Shown here piece after piece: positions 9,973 through 20,200 of a stretch of DNA of 64,000 bases. The notes below the pieces were generated by a model. It was not told where the DNA came from. It ran no database searches and worked only from the letters and a program-made list of their open reading frames with translations. The stretch comes from Syntrophales bacterium (GTDB taxonomy: Bacteria; Desulfobacterota; Syntrophia; Syntrophales; UBA2210): positions 1,248,001-1,312,000 of the forward strand of contig CAXXNF010000002.1 of the NCBI GenBank assembly GCA_963666365.2, written 5' to 3'. Within the stretch, counting starts at the first letter, position 1, and every line of letters starts with the position of its first letter. Both the position numbers and the translations under genes were made by a program.

Positions 9973-10198
9973 TTCTGTCTTTCCGTTACGCTGTTCGAGC
10001 GCAACGTGCGAGTTTACCGGGACAGCTTTACGAGACGCTGCGTGATCGAAACACCGGTCCGAGCCGGCCACGCCTCCATGCCCCAGAACGCCAGCAACTG
10101 AAGAAATAGTTCTTGACTGTTCCTTTTTCATGACGATATAGTAATTCTGCATTTGATGTGATGATATAGAGGGAGATGACGGCGGCCGTTCCTGACAA

Positions 10199-10343
10199 AG
10201 ACCTTTGCAGAATCTCATAAAATCGTCAGTTTCGTCATACCAGTAGATCCCGGATCAAGTCCGGGGGCATCCAGTTTTTTCACGCACTTTCTGGATTCCG
10301 GGTCAAGCCCGGAATGACAGAAAAAGGAACTGTGCAAAGGTCT
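10199..10343. mobile_element. MITE-like palindromic element, copy 2
   Basis: Perfect 11-bp terminal inverted repeats AGACCTTTGCA...TGCAAAGGTCT; same internal sequence as copy 1; GACA on both flanks (one extra A on the left). Confidence 0.72.
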
Positions 10344-10736
10344 GACACCGCAGCTGTCATCATGTTATCCATCGTCTGTGGAAGCAATAAAGGATATACA
10401 TACAAAAGCGTACAGGGGAACGACATGCGCCTGCGCATTTCCTGGCGGCAGGAAAGATATGCGAAGCCTGAAAGAAACGGTGCATGTAGTACATTGCATG
10501 TTACGCTGATCCACCGCTGCTGAATGAACTACATCCTCCTTTTCACGCGCCACCGATACTCTGCAGGCTCTTTCGAATATCGCCGCGATTGTTCAGGTGC
10601 TTCTGTGTCAAAACTACAAATGAAGCGCCTTTTGTGCCGGTTAAGAGAGAAGCGAACGATAGACACGCTTCCTTTCATTAACGAGCAGATATCTCGACGA
10701 GCGGGATAGGCTCAAATTTCAAAAAAAGGGGGAACC

Positions 10737-11984
10737 ATGAAAGTGAAAAGGACTGTTCGAAACGTCGGCGTTCTTGTCGGTATCATGTGCCTGTTAACCT
10801 GCCTGGCGGCAACGCCTGCCCTTTGCGGGGAAAAAGATCCGATATTGCTGGGGCATATTCACAGCATGAGCGGCGCCATGTCCATGTACGGCATCAGCTC
10901 CGCCACGGGCGGTGAAATCGCCATTGATGAAATCAATGCCGCCGGGGGCATATTGGGACGGCCGGTAAAGCAGATTAACCGTGACGACAAGCTCAATCCC
11001 GAAACGGGGCTGCGAGAGGCGAAGGATTTAATATTAAGCCAGAAGGTCGACTTTCTATCCGGCACCATAAGCAGCGCCGTCGCCCTTGCAATTTCAAACT
11101 ATTGCATGCGGGCAAAAAAAATATTCCTTATCAACATAGCTCAATCATCCTCCCTTACCGAGGAAAAATGGCATCGCTATGTATTTCGCATTGATACCAA
11201 CGCCGTTCCCTATTGGGGATACGCCCCGGCATTGGCGCTGGCCCGAAGCTGGAAAGACAAAAAAATCGTCAGCCTTGGTTTCGATTACGAAACAGGACAT
11301 AACACCCTGAAGGCCTTCAAGGAAAAATATCTGGAGCTCGTTCCTGATGCCAAGATCATAGATGAACTCTGGGCGCCCCTCGGCACCACGGATTTTACCG
11401 CCTATATCACAAAAATAGCCAATTCGGGCGCCGACGCCTTTTTCCTTGCCTGTATCTACGGGGGCGGTGAACTTGCCTTCACGAAGCAGGCCTATGCCTT
11501 CGGTCTTTACGACAAGATGCATGCACTTCAATCATGCGCCGGCGACGTTGAAACATGGAGCGGCGTCAAGAAGGGCGAACCCTATCCCAAGGGGGCTCTG
11601 GCAACCTGCCGTTATCCCTTCTGGGCGATCGACAATCCCAAAAGTAAGGCCTTTGTAAAAGAACATTACAAGAGGGTGGGCTACTGGCCGTCCTACGGCG
11701 CAATGAATCAGTATTTCATTGTATATGCCCTCAAGGCGGCGATCGAAAAGGTCGGCGCCGTTGACACGGAAAAAATCGTTGACGCCCTCGAAGGGATGAC
11801 ACTGGATACATTTGTAGGCAAAATACCGATCCGGGCCTTTGATCATCAGGCGATGATGCCCAACTGGTACGGCATTATCGATTTCACCGACGATCTGACC
11901 TTCCCCCACATTACCGATACAAAAATGATCGGGGAGGAAGGTTACCATACCATCGATCAGATAAAAAAAATAAGGGGAAAGTAA
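10737..11984 (+). CDS. ABC transporter substrate-binding protein (LivK/PBP1 family)
   Basis: Signal peptide, EINAAGGILGRP, RDD, GTISS, DFTAYITKI. Confidence 0.9.
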   Translation: MKVKRTVRNVGVLVGIMCLLTCLAATPALCGEKDPILLGHIHSMSGAMSMYGISSATGGEIAIDEINAAGGILGRPVKQINRDDKLNPETGLREAKDLILSQKVDFLSGTISSAVALAISNYCMRAKKIFLINIAQSSSLTEEKWHRYVFRIDTNAVPYWGYAPALALARSWKDKKIVSLGFDYETGHNTLKAFKEKYLELVPDAKIIDELWAPLGTTDFTAYITKIANSGADAFFLACIYGGGELAFTKQAYAFGLYDKMHALQSCAGDVETWSGVKKGEPYPKGALATCRYPFWAIDNPKSKAFVKEHYKRVGYWPSYGAMNQYFIVYALKAAIEKVGAVDTEKIVDALEGMTLDTFVGKIPIRAFDHQAMMPNWYGIIDFTDDLTFPHITDTKMIGEEGYHTIDQIKKIRGK

Positions 11985-12005
11985 GTATCTTTTTCGTTTA
12001 CTTCG

Positions 12006-12052
12006 GAATGCCGGGCGATGTGGCCTTTACCACCCAGTTTCGCCCGGCATTC
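12006..12052 (+). promoter_or_regulatory. Intercistronic stem-loop after the binding-protein gene
   Basis: Perfect 13-bp stem GAATGCCGGGCGA/TCGCCCGGCATTC without a U tail; probably stabilises the upstream mRNA. Confidence 0.55.
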
Positions 12053-12071
12053 GGCAGAAAGGAGCATCCCG

Positions 12072-12956
12072 GTGACTGTTGAAGCGATGGCGGGACAGGC
12101 ATTGAGCGGTCTGAGCGTGGGAATGGTTCTCTTCCTCATCGCCGCGGGCTTATCCATTATTTTCGGCACACTCAAGGTATTGAATCTCGCGCACGGCACG
12201 ATTTATATGGTGGGGGGATTCCTCTGTTACTGGTTGACATCCACCCTGTCCGGCGTGATGGGAAACGGCGCATTCTGGCTCGCCCTGCTTGTGGCACCTG
12301 TCTTGACGGCCTTGATAGGCGGCATTATCGAGGTGGCGCTTCTTCGGCGCATCTATGCCGAGGAAATGCTCTACCAGTACATCCTCACCTTCGGCCTTAT
12401 TCTCATTTTCGGGGAACTGTGCAAGCTTATATGGGGTGTCGGCTATCATACCGTATCGGTCCCCTGGCCCTTAGACGGCAAGGTTTTCATCTTCGGCATG
12501 TCGTTCCCCCTGTACAACTTTTTCCTCATAGGCTGCGGCATCGTCGTCTTTGTCGGGCTGAGCGTTCTCATACGTTACACCGGACTGGGAAGCATTATAC
12601 GCGCCGTCACCTTCAATCGTGAAATGGCCAATGCCCTGGGCATCAATGTCCCGAAGGTGTATACGGGGGTCTTTATGCTCGGCTGCTGGCTTGCCGGTCT
12701 TGCAGGCACACTCATGCCCCCCATGTCCGTGGTCGCTCTCGGCACGGATATGGCCGTCATCATCGACTGTTTCATCATTGTCGTCATCGGTGGCCTGGGA
12801 AGTCTTTCCGGGGCCTTCATAGGCGCGATAATTCTGGGTCTGCTGAACGCCTTCGGCATTTACATCATACCGCGCCTGGCCGTCGCATTCGGATTTATAC
12901 TGATGATCATCATCCTTACATTTCGCCCCTGGGGTCTCATGGGCAAGCCGGAGTAG
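12072..12956 (+). CDS. livH: Liv-type ABC permease (LivH family)
   Basis: GLSIIFG...NLAHG, GGLGS, RPWGLMG; GTG start after AAGGAG. Confidence 0.9.
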   Translation: MTVEAMAGQALSGLSVGMVLFLIAAGLSIIFGTLKVLNLAHGTIYMVGGFLCYWLTSTLSGVMGNGAFWLALLVAPVLTALIGGIIEVALLRRIYAEEMLYQYILTFGLILIFGELCKLIWGVGYHTVSVPWPLDGKVFIFGMSFPLYNFFLIGCGIVVFVGLSVLIRYTGLGSIIRAVTFNREMANALGINVPKVYTGVFMLGCWLAGLAGTLMPPMSVVALGTDMAVIIDCFIIVVIGGLGSLSGAFIGAIILGLLNAFGIYIIPRLAVAFGFILMIIILTFRPWGLMGKPE

Positions 12957-12972
12957 GTAAAGGATATCGTCT

Positions 12973-13947
12973 ATGATGCACTTTTTCCAAAAATTATTTT
13001 CACGACCGCTGTGGTGGATTGTGGCATGCGTGATTCTCCTCTCTATGCTGCCCTTCATGCTGAGCGACAGCTGGACAAGCATTGCCACGGAAATTATTAT
13101 CATGTCGCTTGCGGCCTGCGCCCTCAACCTTATGCTGGGGTATGCCGGCATGGTCTCCTTCGGCCCGGCGGGGCTTTACGCCGTCGGCGCGTACGGAACG
13201 GCACTGGTCATGACAAAAACTTCGGCGCCCTTTATCATATCCCTCATTGCCGGACCGGTGCTCGCCGGGGCAGTCGGATGCATAGTGGGCTGGTTTTGCG
13301 TGCGCCGATCGGCTGTGTATTTTGCACTACTGACACTCGCCTTTGCCCAGATCATCTGGACGATTATTTTTGAATGGTATGGCTTTACCGGAGGCGACAA
13401 CGGCATTGTAGGACTCCCCACGCCGGACATTCTTTTCCCCATAAGAAATTCCTATTACTTCAGCCTTCTCATCGTCCTTATCGCACTGTTCGTCCTGTGG
13501 AGAATTATCAATTCCCCCTTCGGGAAAACCCTGCAGGCCATACGGGAAAATCCGAATCGGGTCGAGTTCATAGGCGCCAATGTAAAACGGTATCAACTCG
13601 CCGCCTTCGTTATCTCGAGCGTCTTTCTCGGCATTGCGGGATCACTGTACGGCGTGTTCAGCGGCAGTGTATTCCCCGACTACGCATACTGGATAAAATC
13701 CACGGATATGCTGATCGTCTGCCTTCTCGGCGGGATCTACACCTTCGTCGGACCGATTGTAGGATCGGTCATTTATATTCTTTTAAGTAAAATCATTGCC
13801 GTCCATACCATGTACTGGATGCTCTTTTTAGGAATGATCGTGGTGTTTCTGGTGCTCTTCATGAGAAACGGCATCGCGGGCTTCGTCTCAGAAAAGCTCT
13901 ACTTATCACCACAGAGCGACAAGGATGCAAGAGAGGTGGCGGAATGA
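12973..13947 (+). CDS. livM: Liv-type ABC permease (LivM family)
   Basis: GYAGMVSFG, YFALLTLAF, TGGDNG, SPFG...AIREN. Confidence 0.9.
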   Translation: MMHFFQKLFSRPLWWIVACVILLSMLPFMLSDSWTSIATEIIIMSLAACALNLMLGYAGMVSFGPAGLYAVGAYGTALVMTKTSAPFIISLIAGPVLAGAVGCIVGWFCVRRSAVYFALLTLAFAQIIWTIIFEWYGFTGGDNGIVGLPTPDILFPIRNSYYFSLLIVLIALFVLWRIINSPFGKTLQAIRENPNRVEFIGANVKRYQLAAFVISSVFLGIAGSLYGVFSGSVFPDYAYWIKSTDMLIVCLLGGIYTFVGPIVGSVIYILLSKIIAVHTMYWMLFLGMIVVFLVLFMRNGIAGFVSEKLYLSPQSDKDAREVAE

Positions 13948-14696
13948 TACTGAATGTAGAAGGAATATCGAAATCATTCGGGGGACTTTTGGCAACCGAC
14001 GGGGTGAGTTTTCATGTGGAGGAAGAGGAGCTTCTCGCCATTATCGGACCCAACGGCGCAGGGAAAACCACGCTCTTCAATCTTCTTACCGGCCATATCC
14101 ATCCTGACCATGGAAGAATATTTTTCAAGGGCCGCGATATCACCTACCTGCCCCCCTATGAAATCTCTCGTTCCGGCATGGGGCGCTCCTTTCAGCGGCT
14201 CAATATCTTTCCCCGGCTTACTACCTTTGAAAATGTTCAAATTGCCCTCTTTTCCACCTATCGTATCAACCATCAGCTCTTTTCATCGGCCAAAAAGCTG
14301 GTGCGAAGTGAAACGGAGGAAATCCTTGAGGATGTGGGATTGTACTCAAAAAGAACCACCAAGGGAGGGCTGCTCGCCCACGGCGATCAAAAGCGGCTGG
14401 AAATCGGCATCGCTCTTGCGACAAAACCGGATCTTCTCCTCCTGGACGAGCCGACAGCGGCAATGAGCCCCAGAGAAACCGAAGAAACGGCCGATCTTAT
14501 CAAGGAACTGGTGAGCGAGCGCAAGATCGCCCTCATATTTGTCGAGCACGACATGAATGTGGTGTTCGGACTTTCCAACAAGATAAAAGTCCTGCACCAG
14601 GGAAGAATCATCTGCGAAGGAACGCCCGATGAAGTGAAGGCCGATGCAGAAGTACAAAGAATCTATCTGGGAGAGGAAGAAACTCATGTTGCTTGA
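13944..14696 (+). CDS. livG: Liv-type ABC ATPase (LivG family)
   Basis: GPNGAGKT, LLLDEP, VEHDM. Confidence 0.92.
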   Translation: MILNVEGISKSFGGLLATDGVSFHVEEEELLAIIGPNGAGKTTLFNLLTGHIHPDHGRIFFKGRDITYLPPYEISRSGMGRSFQRLNIFPRLTTFENVQIALFSTYRINHQLFSSAKKLVRSETEEILEDVGLYSKRTTKGGLLAHGDQKRLEIGIALATKPDLLLLDEPTAAMSPRETEETADLIKELVSERKIALIFVEHDMNVVFGLSNKIKVLHQGRIICEGTPDEVKADAEVQRIYLGEEETHVA

Positions 14697-15387
14697 GGTA
14701 AAAAATATCAACTCCTACTATGATTTGAGTCATATCCTTTTTGATGTCTCCCTGGATGTAAATGAAGGAGAAACGGTATGCATCCTCGGAAGAAACGGTG
14801 TGGGGAAGTCGACAACCCTGCGAAGCATTATGGGACTGACCCCTCCCCGCAGGGGAAGCATAAAATTTCACGGAAAAGAGATCGGAGGGAGACAGCCCTA
14901 CGAAATTGCACGTCAGGGTGTGGGCTTTGTCCCTGAAGACCGTCTCATTTTCCCCGACCTGACGGTACTGGAGAATCTCAGGATCGCAATACAAAAAAGA
15001 ACTTCCTCAATGACATGGACGGTTGAAAAGATATACGGGATTTTCCCCCGACTTCAGGAGCGTCAAAATCAAATGGGTGGCACCCTCTCCGGCGGGGAGC
15101 AGCAAATGCTGACCATTGCGCGCACCCTTATGGGAAATCCGGTCCTGCTGCTTCTTGATGAACCATCGGAGGGACTCTCTCCACTGATGGTAAGGGTTAT
15201 AGAGGAACAACTTCTCATGCTGAAACGCGAGGGTATGACCATGCTGCTGTCGGAGCAAAACTCGAGTTTTGCGCAAAAGGTCTCGGACCGCGCCTATATT
15301 CTGGAGAAAGGCCATGTCTGCTGGAGCGGCCCCATGTCGGAATTGAAAGACAACCCCGCGATCATGAAAGAATATCTGGGAGTATAA
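14686..15387 (+). CDS. livF: Liv-type ABC ATPase (LivF family)
   Basis: GRNGVGKS, LSGGEQQML, LLDEPSEGL, EQN. Confidence 0.92.
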   Translation: MLLEVKNINSYYDLSHILFDVSLDVNEGETVCILGRNGVGKSTTLRSIMGLTPPRRGSIKFHGKEIGGRQPYEIARQGVGFVPEDRLIFPDLTVLENLRIAIQKRTSSMTWTVEKIYGIFPRLQERQNQMGGTLSGGEQQMLTIARTLMGNPVLLLLDEPSEGLSPLMVRVIEEQLLMLKREGMTMLLSEQNSSFAQKVSDRAYILEKGHVCWSGPMSELKDNPAIMKEYLGV

Positions 15388-15415
15388 AAACCCATGGCAC
15401 AACAAGGAGGAAACG

Positions 15416-16930
15416 ATGAATATTGCTGATTTTCTTACCACGAGCGCCGCCCGAGTCCCGGATCATCCCGCAATCCGCTTCAAAGACCGCACCATCACCT
15501 ACTCCGCACTCAATCAATTGGTTGATGAGTGTGCCGCAGGTCTTCACGGTCTCGGACTGAAGGCGGGCGATTTTTGCATTCTCATGATGCCCGATACGCC
15601 GAACTGGCCTATTGCCTACTATGCCATCGCAAAGGTCGGGGCAGCCGTTGTGCCTGTAAACCCTGTCTACAGGCAGAGGGAACTTGCTCATATATTCCGG
15701 GATTCCGGCGCCACCGCCTTTGTAGGACACAGCGACTATCTTGCGGAGGCCGGGCCTGTGCTCGACACGCTTCCGGCCATAACGGTCCGCGTTGCCGACG
15801 GAAAAGAAAAATATGAAGGATTCATTGCCTTTAATGACTGTTTTATAGAGGGGGCGTCATTTGAAACCTGGTCCACCGAACCGGACGATCCCTGGATCAT
15901 CATGTACACCAGTGGAACGACGGGGCTGCCCAAGGGCGCCGTCCTGACCCACCACAATCTGATGAGCGACGCCAAGGCAGTCGCCGCAGTGCGGTATACG
16001 GAACCAAAGGACGTGGTCTTCAGCGTGCTCCCTCTTTTTCATTGCTACGGACAGACACACTCCCTCAACATATCCATCTATCTCGGCCTGACCATTCGCA
16101 TGTGGTCCCGATTCGATGCCGACGAGGTGTATGCCGCAATCGAGGAGGAGGACAGTTGCATCCTTTATGCCGTGCCTACCATGGTGAACCGCCTGGTGGA
16201 GCTGGCGGCGGTCAGACCGCCTCGACGATCGGGACTCCGTTTCTGCATTTCCGGCGGCGCCTCATTGCCCGTTGAAATACTCCATCGCTTTGAAAAGGCC
16301 TTCCACGCAACGATTTATGAAAGCTACGGCCTTACCGAATGTGCACCCACCTGCGTGGAAAACCCTTTCGGAAGAACGACGAAACCGGGATCGATCGGCC
16401 TGCCCATCCCTCCCTTCAGGGCCCGCATTGTCGACGAGAGCGACCGAGACCTGCCCGCAGGCGAAGTGGGAGAGCTTTTGATACAGGGTCCCGGCGTGAT
16501 GAGAGAATATCTGCATCAGCCGGCAGCAACGGAGGAAACACTGCGTGGAGGATGGCTCCACACGGGAGATCTGGCCCGCATGGATGAAGAGGGCTATATC
16601 TATATCGTGGATCGCAAAAAGGAGATGATCATCAGAGGCGGCTACAATATCTACCCCCGGGAGATCGAGGAAGTGCTCTACACCCATGGCGATGTCGTGG
16701 AAGCCGCCATCATCGGCGTACCCAATATCGATCTGGGCGAAGAAGTGGCGGCCGTTGTGGCGCTTCGCTCCGGATCGACAACGACGGCCGATGAATTGCG
16801 CGCATTCGTCAGGGAGCGCGTGGCGCCCTATAAATATCCCCGCATCATCAAAATTCTTGATGAACTGCCCAAGACATCGACGGGGAAAATTCTCAAACGG
16901 GCGATCACACTGGAGGGAGAAGTCAAATAG
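15416..16930 (+). CDS. Long-chain fatty-acid/acyl-CoA ligase (AMP-forming)
   Basis: YTSGTTGLPKG, YGLTE, GWLHTGD, LPKTSTGK. Confidence 0.93.
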   Translation: MNIADFLTTSAARVPDHPAIRFKDRTITYSALNQLVDECAAGLHGLGLKAGDFCILMMPDTPNWPIAYYAIAKVGAAVVPVNPVYRQRELAHIFRDSGATAFVGHSDYLAEAGPVLDTLPAITVRVADGKEKYEGFIAFNDCFIEGASFETWSTEPDDPWIIMYTSGTTGLPKGAVLTHHNLMSDAKAVAAVRYTEPKDVVFSVLPLFHCYGQTHSLNISIYLGLTIRMWSRFDADEVYAAIEEEDSCILYAVPTMVNRLVELAAVRPPRRSGLRFCISGGASLPVEILHRFEKAFHATIYESYGLTECAPTCVENPFGRTTKPGSIGLPIPPFRARIVDESDRDLPAGEVGELLIQGPGVMREYLHQPAATEETLRGGWLHTGDLARMDEEGYIYIVDRKKEMIIRGGYNIYPREIEEVLYTHGDVVEAAIIGVPNIDLGEEVAAVVALRSGSTTTADELRAFVRERVAPYKYPRIIKILDELPKTSTGKILKRAITLEGEVK

Positions 16931-17039
16931 CTGCAATATGGTGAATAGCGAACCGGCAAATAGAGTTTCACCCGTCCGACCAACGGACCCGGGCAAATTT
17001 TTTCGCGAAATGCAGCACCTATTTAACGGAGACGCACAG

Positions 17040-17193
17040 ACCAAATAGACCAGACAGATTTACCCCGTGAAAGGCGAAGCCTATTTCACCGGACCAAACA
17101 GACCAGACAGATTTACCCCGTGAAATGCGAAGCCTATTTCACCGGGGCCAAATAGACCAGAAAGACCAAATAGACAAAATAGACCAGAAAGAC
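17040..17193. repeat. 53-bp tandem duplication with internal palindrome, followed by a 9-mer array
   Basis: 17040-17092 and 17093-17145 differ at 2 positions; CCCCGTGAAAT...ATTTCACCGGGG palindrome; AGACCAAAT/AGACCAGAA 9-mers. Confidence 0.85.
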
Positions 17194-17195
17194 TG

Positions 17196-17822
17196 TTACT
17201 TTCCCGAAGTCCGCACAAGAAGGCCGCTTGAGGACACGCGGATTTCGAATTCCCCCCCCTCGTGAGCGTTGACAAAGGTGGCGGAGCCGTATTCGGCGTC
17301 AAGAATCGGTTTAAGGAAAGTATAACGGCGGCGCAGGTCGAACATATTGACGGGTTTGTCTCTGGATAGCCTGTGGACTGTCCGTAGTTTCCATTTCTCA
17401 TCTTCTATGCTGCGGTATCGTCCTGCAATACGATCAAGCTCATAGACGGTGTGAAGACCGAAGACGTTTGCAATGGGTTTCCACTTGAGAATATGCGCGT
17501 CGATGTAAAGTTCATCGCCGGCAAGTTCAAATGTTTCTATTCTGCCGTCAAAAAATCGCACATGGGCAATAAACCTCTTGTCTTTCAAGGGCTCGGTTTT
17601 TATCTCGGCGGCAAGTTCTTCATAGGTCAAGGCCCGGTATCCCTGAATTGCCGTGGTGGTTACCGCGAAGAAAAGCGCCAGGGAGAGCATGAGAAGCGAC
17701 AGCAGCAGAGAGGCGATACTTCCCATATAGCGGTGTTTTTTGGCGGAAATAATGCCTGAGATAAGAAAAAGTATGCACAGCGCGGCGGAAAAAAAGGCTG
17801 TCAGAACAAGCGGCTGCGGCAT
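17196..17822 (-). CDS. Hypothetical membrane protein
   Basis: Two N-terminal TM helices plus a soluble domain; GGGGGA RBS before ATG at 17822. Confidence 0.7.
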   Translation of the reverse strand: MPQPLVLTAFFSAALCILFLISGIISAKKHRYMGSIASLLLSLLMLSLALFFAVTTTAIQGYRALTYEELAAEIKTEPLKDKRFIAHVRFFDGRIETFELAGDELYIDAHILKWKPIANVFGLHTVYELDRIAGRYRSIEDEKWKLRTVHRLSRDKPVNMFDLRRRYTFLKPILDAEYGSATFVNAHEGGEFEIRVSSSGLLVRTSGK

Positions 17823-17873
17823 ACACACTCCCCCCTTTCATGATACATACCCGGTGCATCCAACCCGTTGTCC

Positions 17874-17903
17874 CCCTTCATCGTTTCATGCAACGATGAA
17901 GGG
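17874..17903. terminator. Stem-loop after the Fe-S gene (terminator or stabiliser)
   Basis: Perfect 12-bp stem CCCTTCATCGTT/AACGATGAAGGG; no clear U tail. Confidence 0.4.
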
Positions 17904-17939
17904 CAGGAATATCCCCGCCCCTCACCGTTACTATTCCCT

Positions 17940-18932
17940 TTAGGCAGGGACAAAATCGGCGGGACGCACCTCCTTGAGGGTAATGGCCTCGGTGGGACAG
18001 GTAACGGTACAGACACCACACCCGAGACATTTTTCCGAATCAATTACGGCGATATCCTCATCGTTTAAAGAGATGGCATCGAAGAAACATCGATCAAGAC
18101 AGGTTTCACATCCGGTACACAAATCACCGTCCACCACAGCCTCGAAGCGACTCGGCGCAACCCATTTTTTGGGACCCTTCATGACGTCCCAGTTCAGACA
18201 GCAGTCACTGCAGCAATTGCAGATTACATGGCCCACCACCTGACGGTTATCGGCAACATGGACGAGGCCTTCTTCCTCCGAAAGCTTCAATATGGCGATG
18301 GCCTCTTCTTTATTGATGGCTCTGCCTGTTCCTCTTTCAATGTTGTATTCCGCCGCCCGGCCCACCTGCATGCACACTTCCAACGGTTTTCCGCATGCGC
18401 CGTCTATTACGCGGCAGGAACACTTGGTAACGCTCATGACATCGGCGCCTTCGATTATTTTCATCACGTCTTCATAGGCAAGTATCTGCGATTCAGGTTC
18501 GATTGCCTCGTTGACCGGTATCACTCTCATGAGCGAACCGGGGAGAAAGTCCATTATTTTCTGTCCGTACTCCGGCCATTCAGTCTTCATGTACGCCTTC
18601 CATAGATCGAGGACTTCCTGCGCTATACCGGGGGTCAGAACCGTGGAATCATGCATCTGAGGCACGCTTTTTACGCGATAATATTTCATGACATCGCCTT
18701 TTCTTTTAAAGATCAGCCCGCGATCAAAAAGCGATTGCATCATAGCCTCAATACTCTCTTCGGACAGCCCCGTTTTTTCGGCTAATTCCTTTACCTCTGT
18801 CGGCTTGGCCGCCGCAAGCATCACCCTGGCTTCGTCCTCGGTAATCAATACCTGGAATATCTTGGGCATGAGGGGAGACTCTCCCGCACCAATGCCTTCC
18901 GCCAGCTGCCTGCACAGTTCGATGTCCACCAT
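17940..18932 (-). CDS. 4Fe-4S dicluster protein with N-terminal wHTH-like region
   Basis: CSCR, ICNCCSDCC and two C-terminal CxxCxxCxxxC motifs. Confidence 0.85.
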   Translation of the reverse strand: MVDIELCRQLAEGIGAGESPLMPKIFQVLITEDEARVMLAAAKPTEVKELAEKTGLSEESIEAMMQSLFDRGLIFKRKGDVMKYYRVKSVPQMHDSTVLTPGIAQEVLDLWKAYMKTEWPEYGQKIMDFLPGSLMRVIPVNEAIEPESQILAYEDVMKIIEGADVMSVTKCSCRVIDGACGKPLEVCMQVGRAAEYNIERGTGRAINKEEAIAILKLSEEEGLVHVADNRQVVGHVICNCCSDCCLNWDVMKGPKKWVAPSRFEAVVDGDLCTGCETCLDRCFFDAISLNDEDIAVIDSEKCLGCGVCTVTCPTEAITLKEVRPADFVPA

Positions 18933-18969
18933 AGTAAGCCTCCTTATTCATTTTTTTATGCACATGCGC

Positions 18970-19773
18970 CTATACTTTTACTACATTCAACGTGTGGTAA
19001 TGTTCTTTCACTTTCGCGATATAGTTTCTCGTTTCTTCAGGCATTCCACCTGTGCTTCTCTGAAGGTTTCCCATTCCCCAGTTATAGGCGGCCAGCGCCC
19101 GATCCACGTTGCCATCATAGCGGTCTAAAAGCATTTTCAGATACTTCACGCCTCCCATCACATTATCCCTCGGATCATAGGGATCTTTGACGCCCATGTC
19201 ATGTGCCGTCCCCGGCATGAGCTGCATCAAACCCATGGCGCCCTTGGAAGAGATGCTGTTCACCTGAAAATCACTCTCCGTCTTGATAACAGCCTTGACT
19301 AAATTTTCTTCCACCTCGAATTTAGTCGATGCCTCTGCGATTATACCGTCTATATCTGCCTTGGACTCTTTTGCCGCGACGGGCTCAGGTTCAATTGACG
19401 CCGCCTGTTGATTTTTTGACGAAACAGTCCCCTGCGGTGGATCGATATGTAGCGACATTTCACCTGACGACAGGGAAATCTTTCCGCAGGCCCGTCGGAA
19501 AAGATAGGAAAAATGGTCGTCAATCTGACGTTGAATAACGGCGACCATCTGCATCATTGAGGAATGGCCCAATGAACCGGCCATCTCTTTTCGCCTCGAG
19601 TGAAGGGCGCCTTCCAGTACCACACTGAATCCGCTCCCTTCTGTTTTAGCCGCCCTGACAGCCTTTCCTTCATGTCTTCCCATTATCGACATCAGCAAAT
19701 CGACGCTGTTCTCTCTAGGAATTTTCATAGGAACATCCCCTTGCATGCAGTGTTCTCTCTCCATGCCCTTCAA
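18970..19773 (-). CDS. Lytic transglycosylase (SLT domain)
   Basis: AVIKTES, GAMGLMQLMP, ALAAYNWG, ETRNY; start codon uncertain. Confidence 0.88.
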   Translation of the reverse strand: MKGMEREHCMQGDVPMKIPRENSVDLLMSIMGRHEGKAVRAAKTEGSGFSVVLEGALHSRRKEMAGSLGHSSMMQMVAVIQRQIDDHFSYLFRRACGKISLSSGEMSLHIDPPQGTVSSKNQQAASIEPEPVAAKESKADIDGIIAEASTKFEVEENLVKAVIKTESDFQVNSISSKGAMGLMQLMPGTAHDMGVKDPYDPRDNVMGGVKYLKMLLDRYDGNVDRALAAYNWGMGNLQRSTGGMPEETRNYIAKVKEHYHTLNVVKV

Positions 19774-19805
19774 AGATTATGCCATTATCTACGCGAAACA
19801 CTGCT

Positions 19806-20069
19806 TCAAAAATCCTTTCTATCACCCACCGGCCCTTCATCTTCATCGGGAAACTGCGCTTCGGAAATACTTCCACCGCCCTCATAGCCACTTTCAGGCG
19901 CCCTTTCCATGCGTGGGCGGGGTTTTGCAAAGAATACAAAGGGAACGGCAAATATACCGAAGATGAATCCCATGAACATCCAGAATATTTTATTCAGACC
20001 TCTTTTTTGCGCAATAAAATAGAGGAGCACACCAAAGAAAGCTGACAATATTATTCCCAAACTATACAT
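19806..20069 (-). CDS. Small hypothetical membrane protein
   Basis: Two TM helices around IAQKRG...FW...GFIFG. Confidence 0.6.
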   Translation of the reverse strand: MYSLGIILSAFFGVLLYFIAQKRGLNKIFWMFMGFIFGIFAVPFVFFAKPRPRMERAPESGYEGGGSISEAQFPDEDEGPVGDRKDF

Positions 20070-20200
20070 GATTGCTTTTTATTCCTTCCCGCATCGTTCA
20101 TCAACTCTTCGGCGCCGGCACGCGCCGAGTTTTTTTACTGTACACCAGTTTAATCCGCCGATCAAGAAATGCCGCCTCTTGACTTTTGCCCGTTGACGCT

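Noticed and set aside
9826..10709. Short ORFs between the acyl-CoA dehydrogenase and the binding-protein gene
   Set aside because: Several overlap repeats and none shows recognisable motifs.
17040..17145. Possible mini-CRISPR array
   Set aside because: The whole unit is duplicated, so there are no unique spacers, and no cas genes are present.
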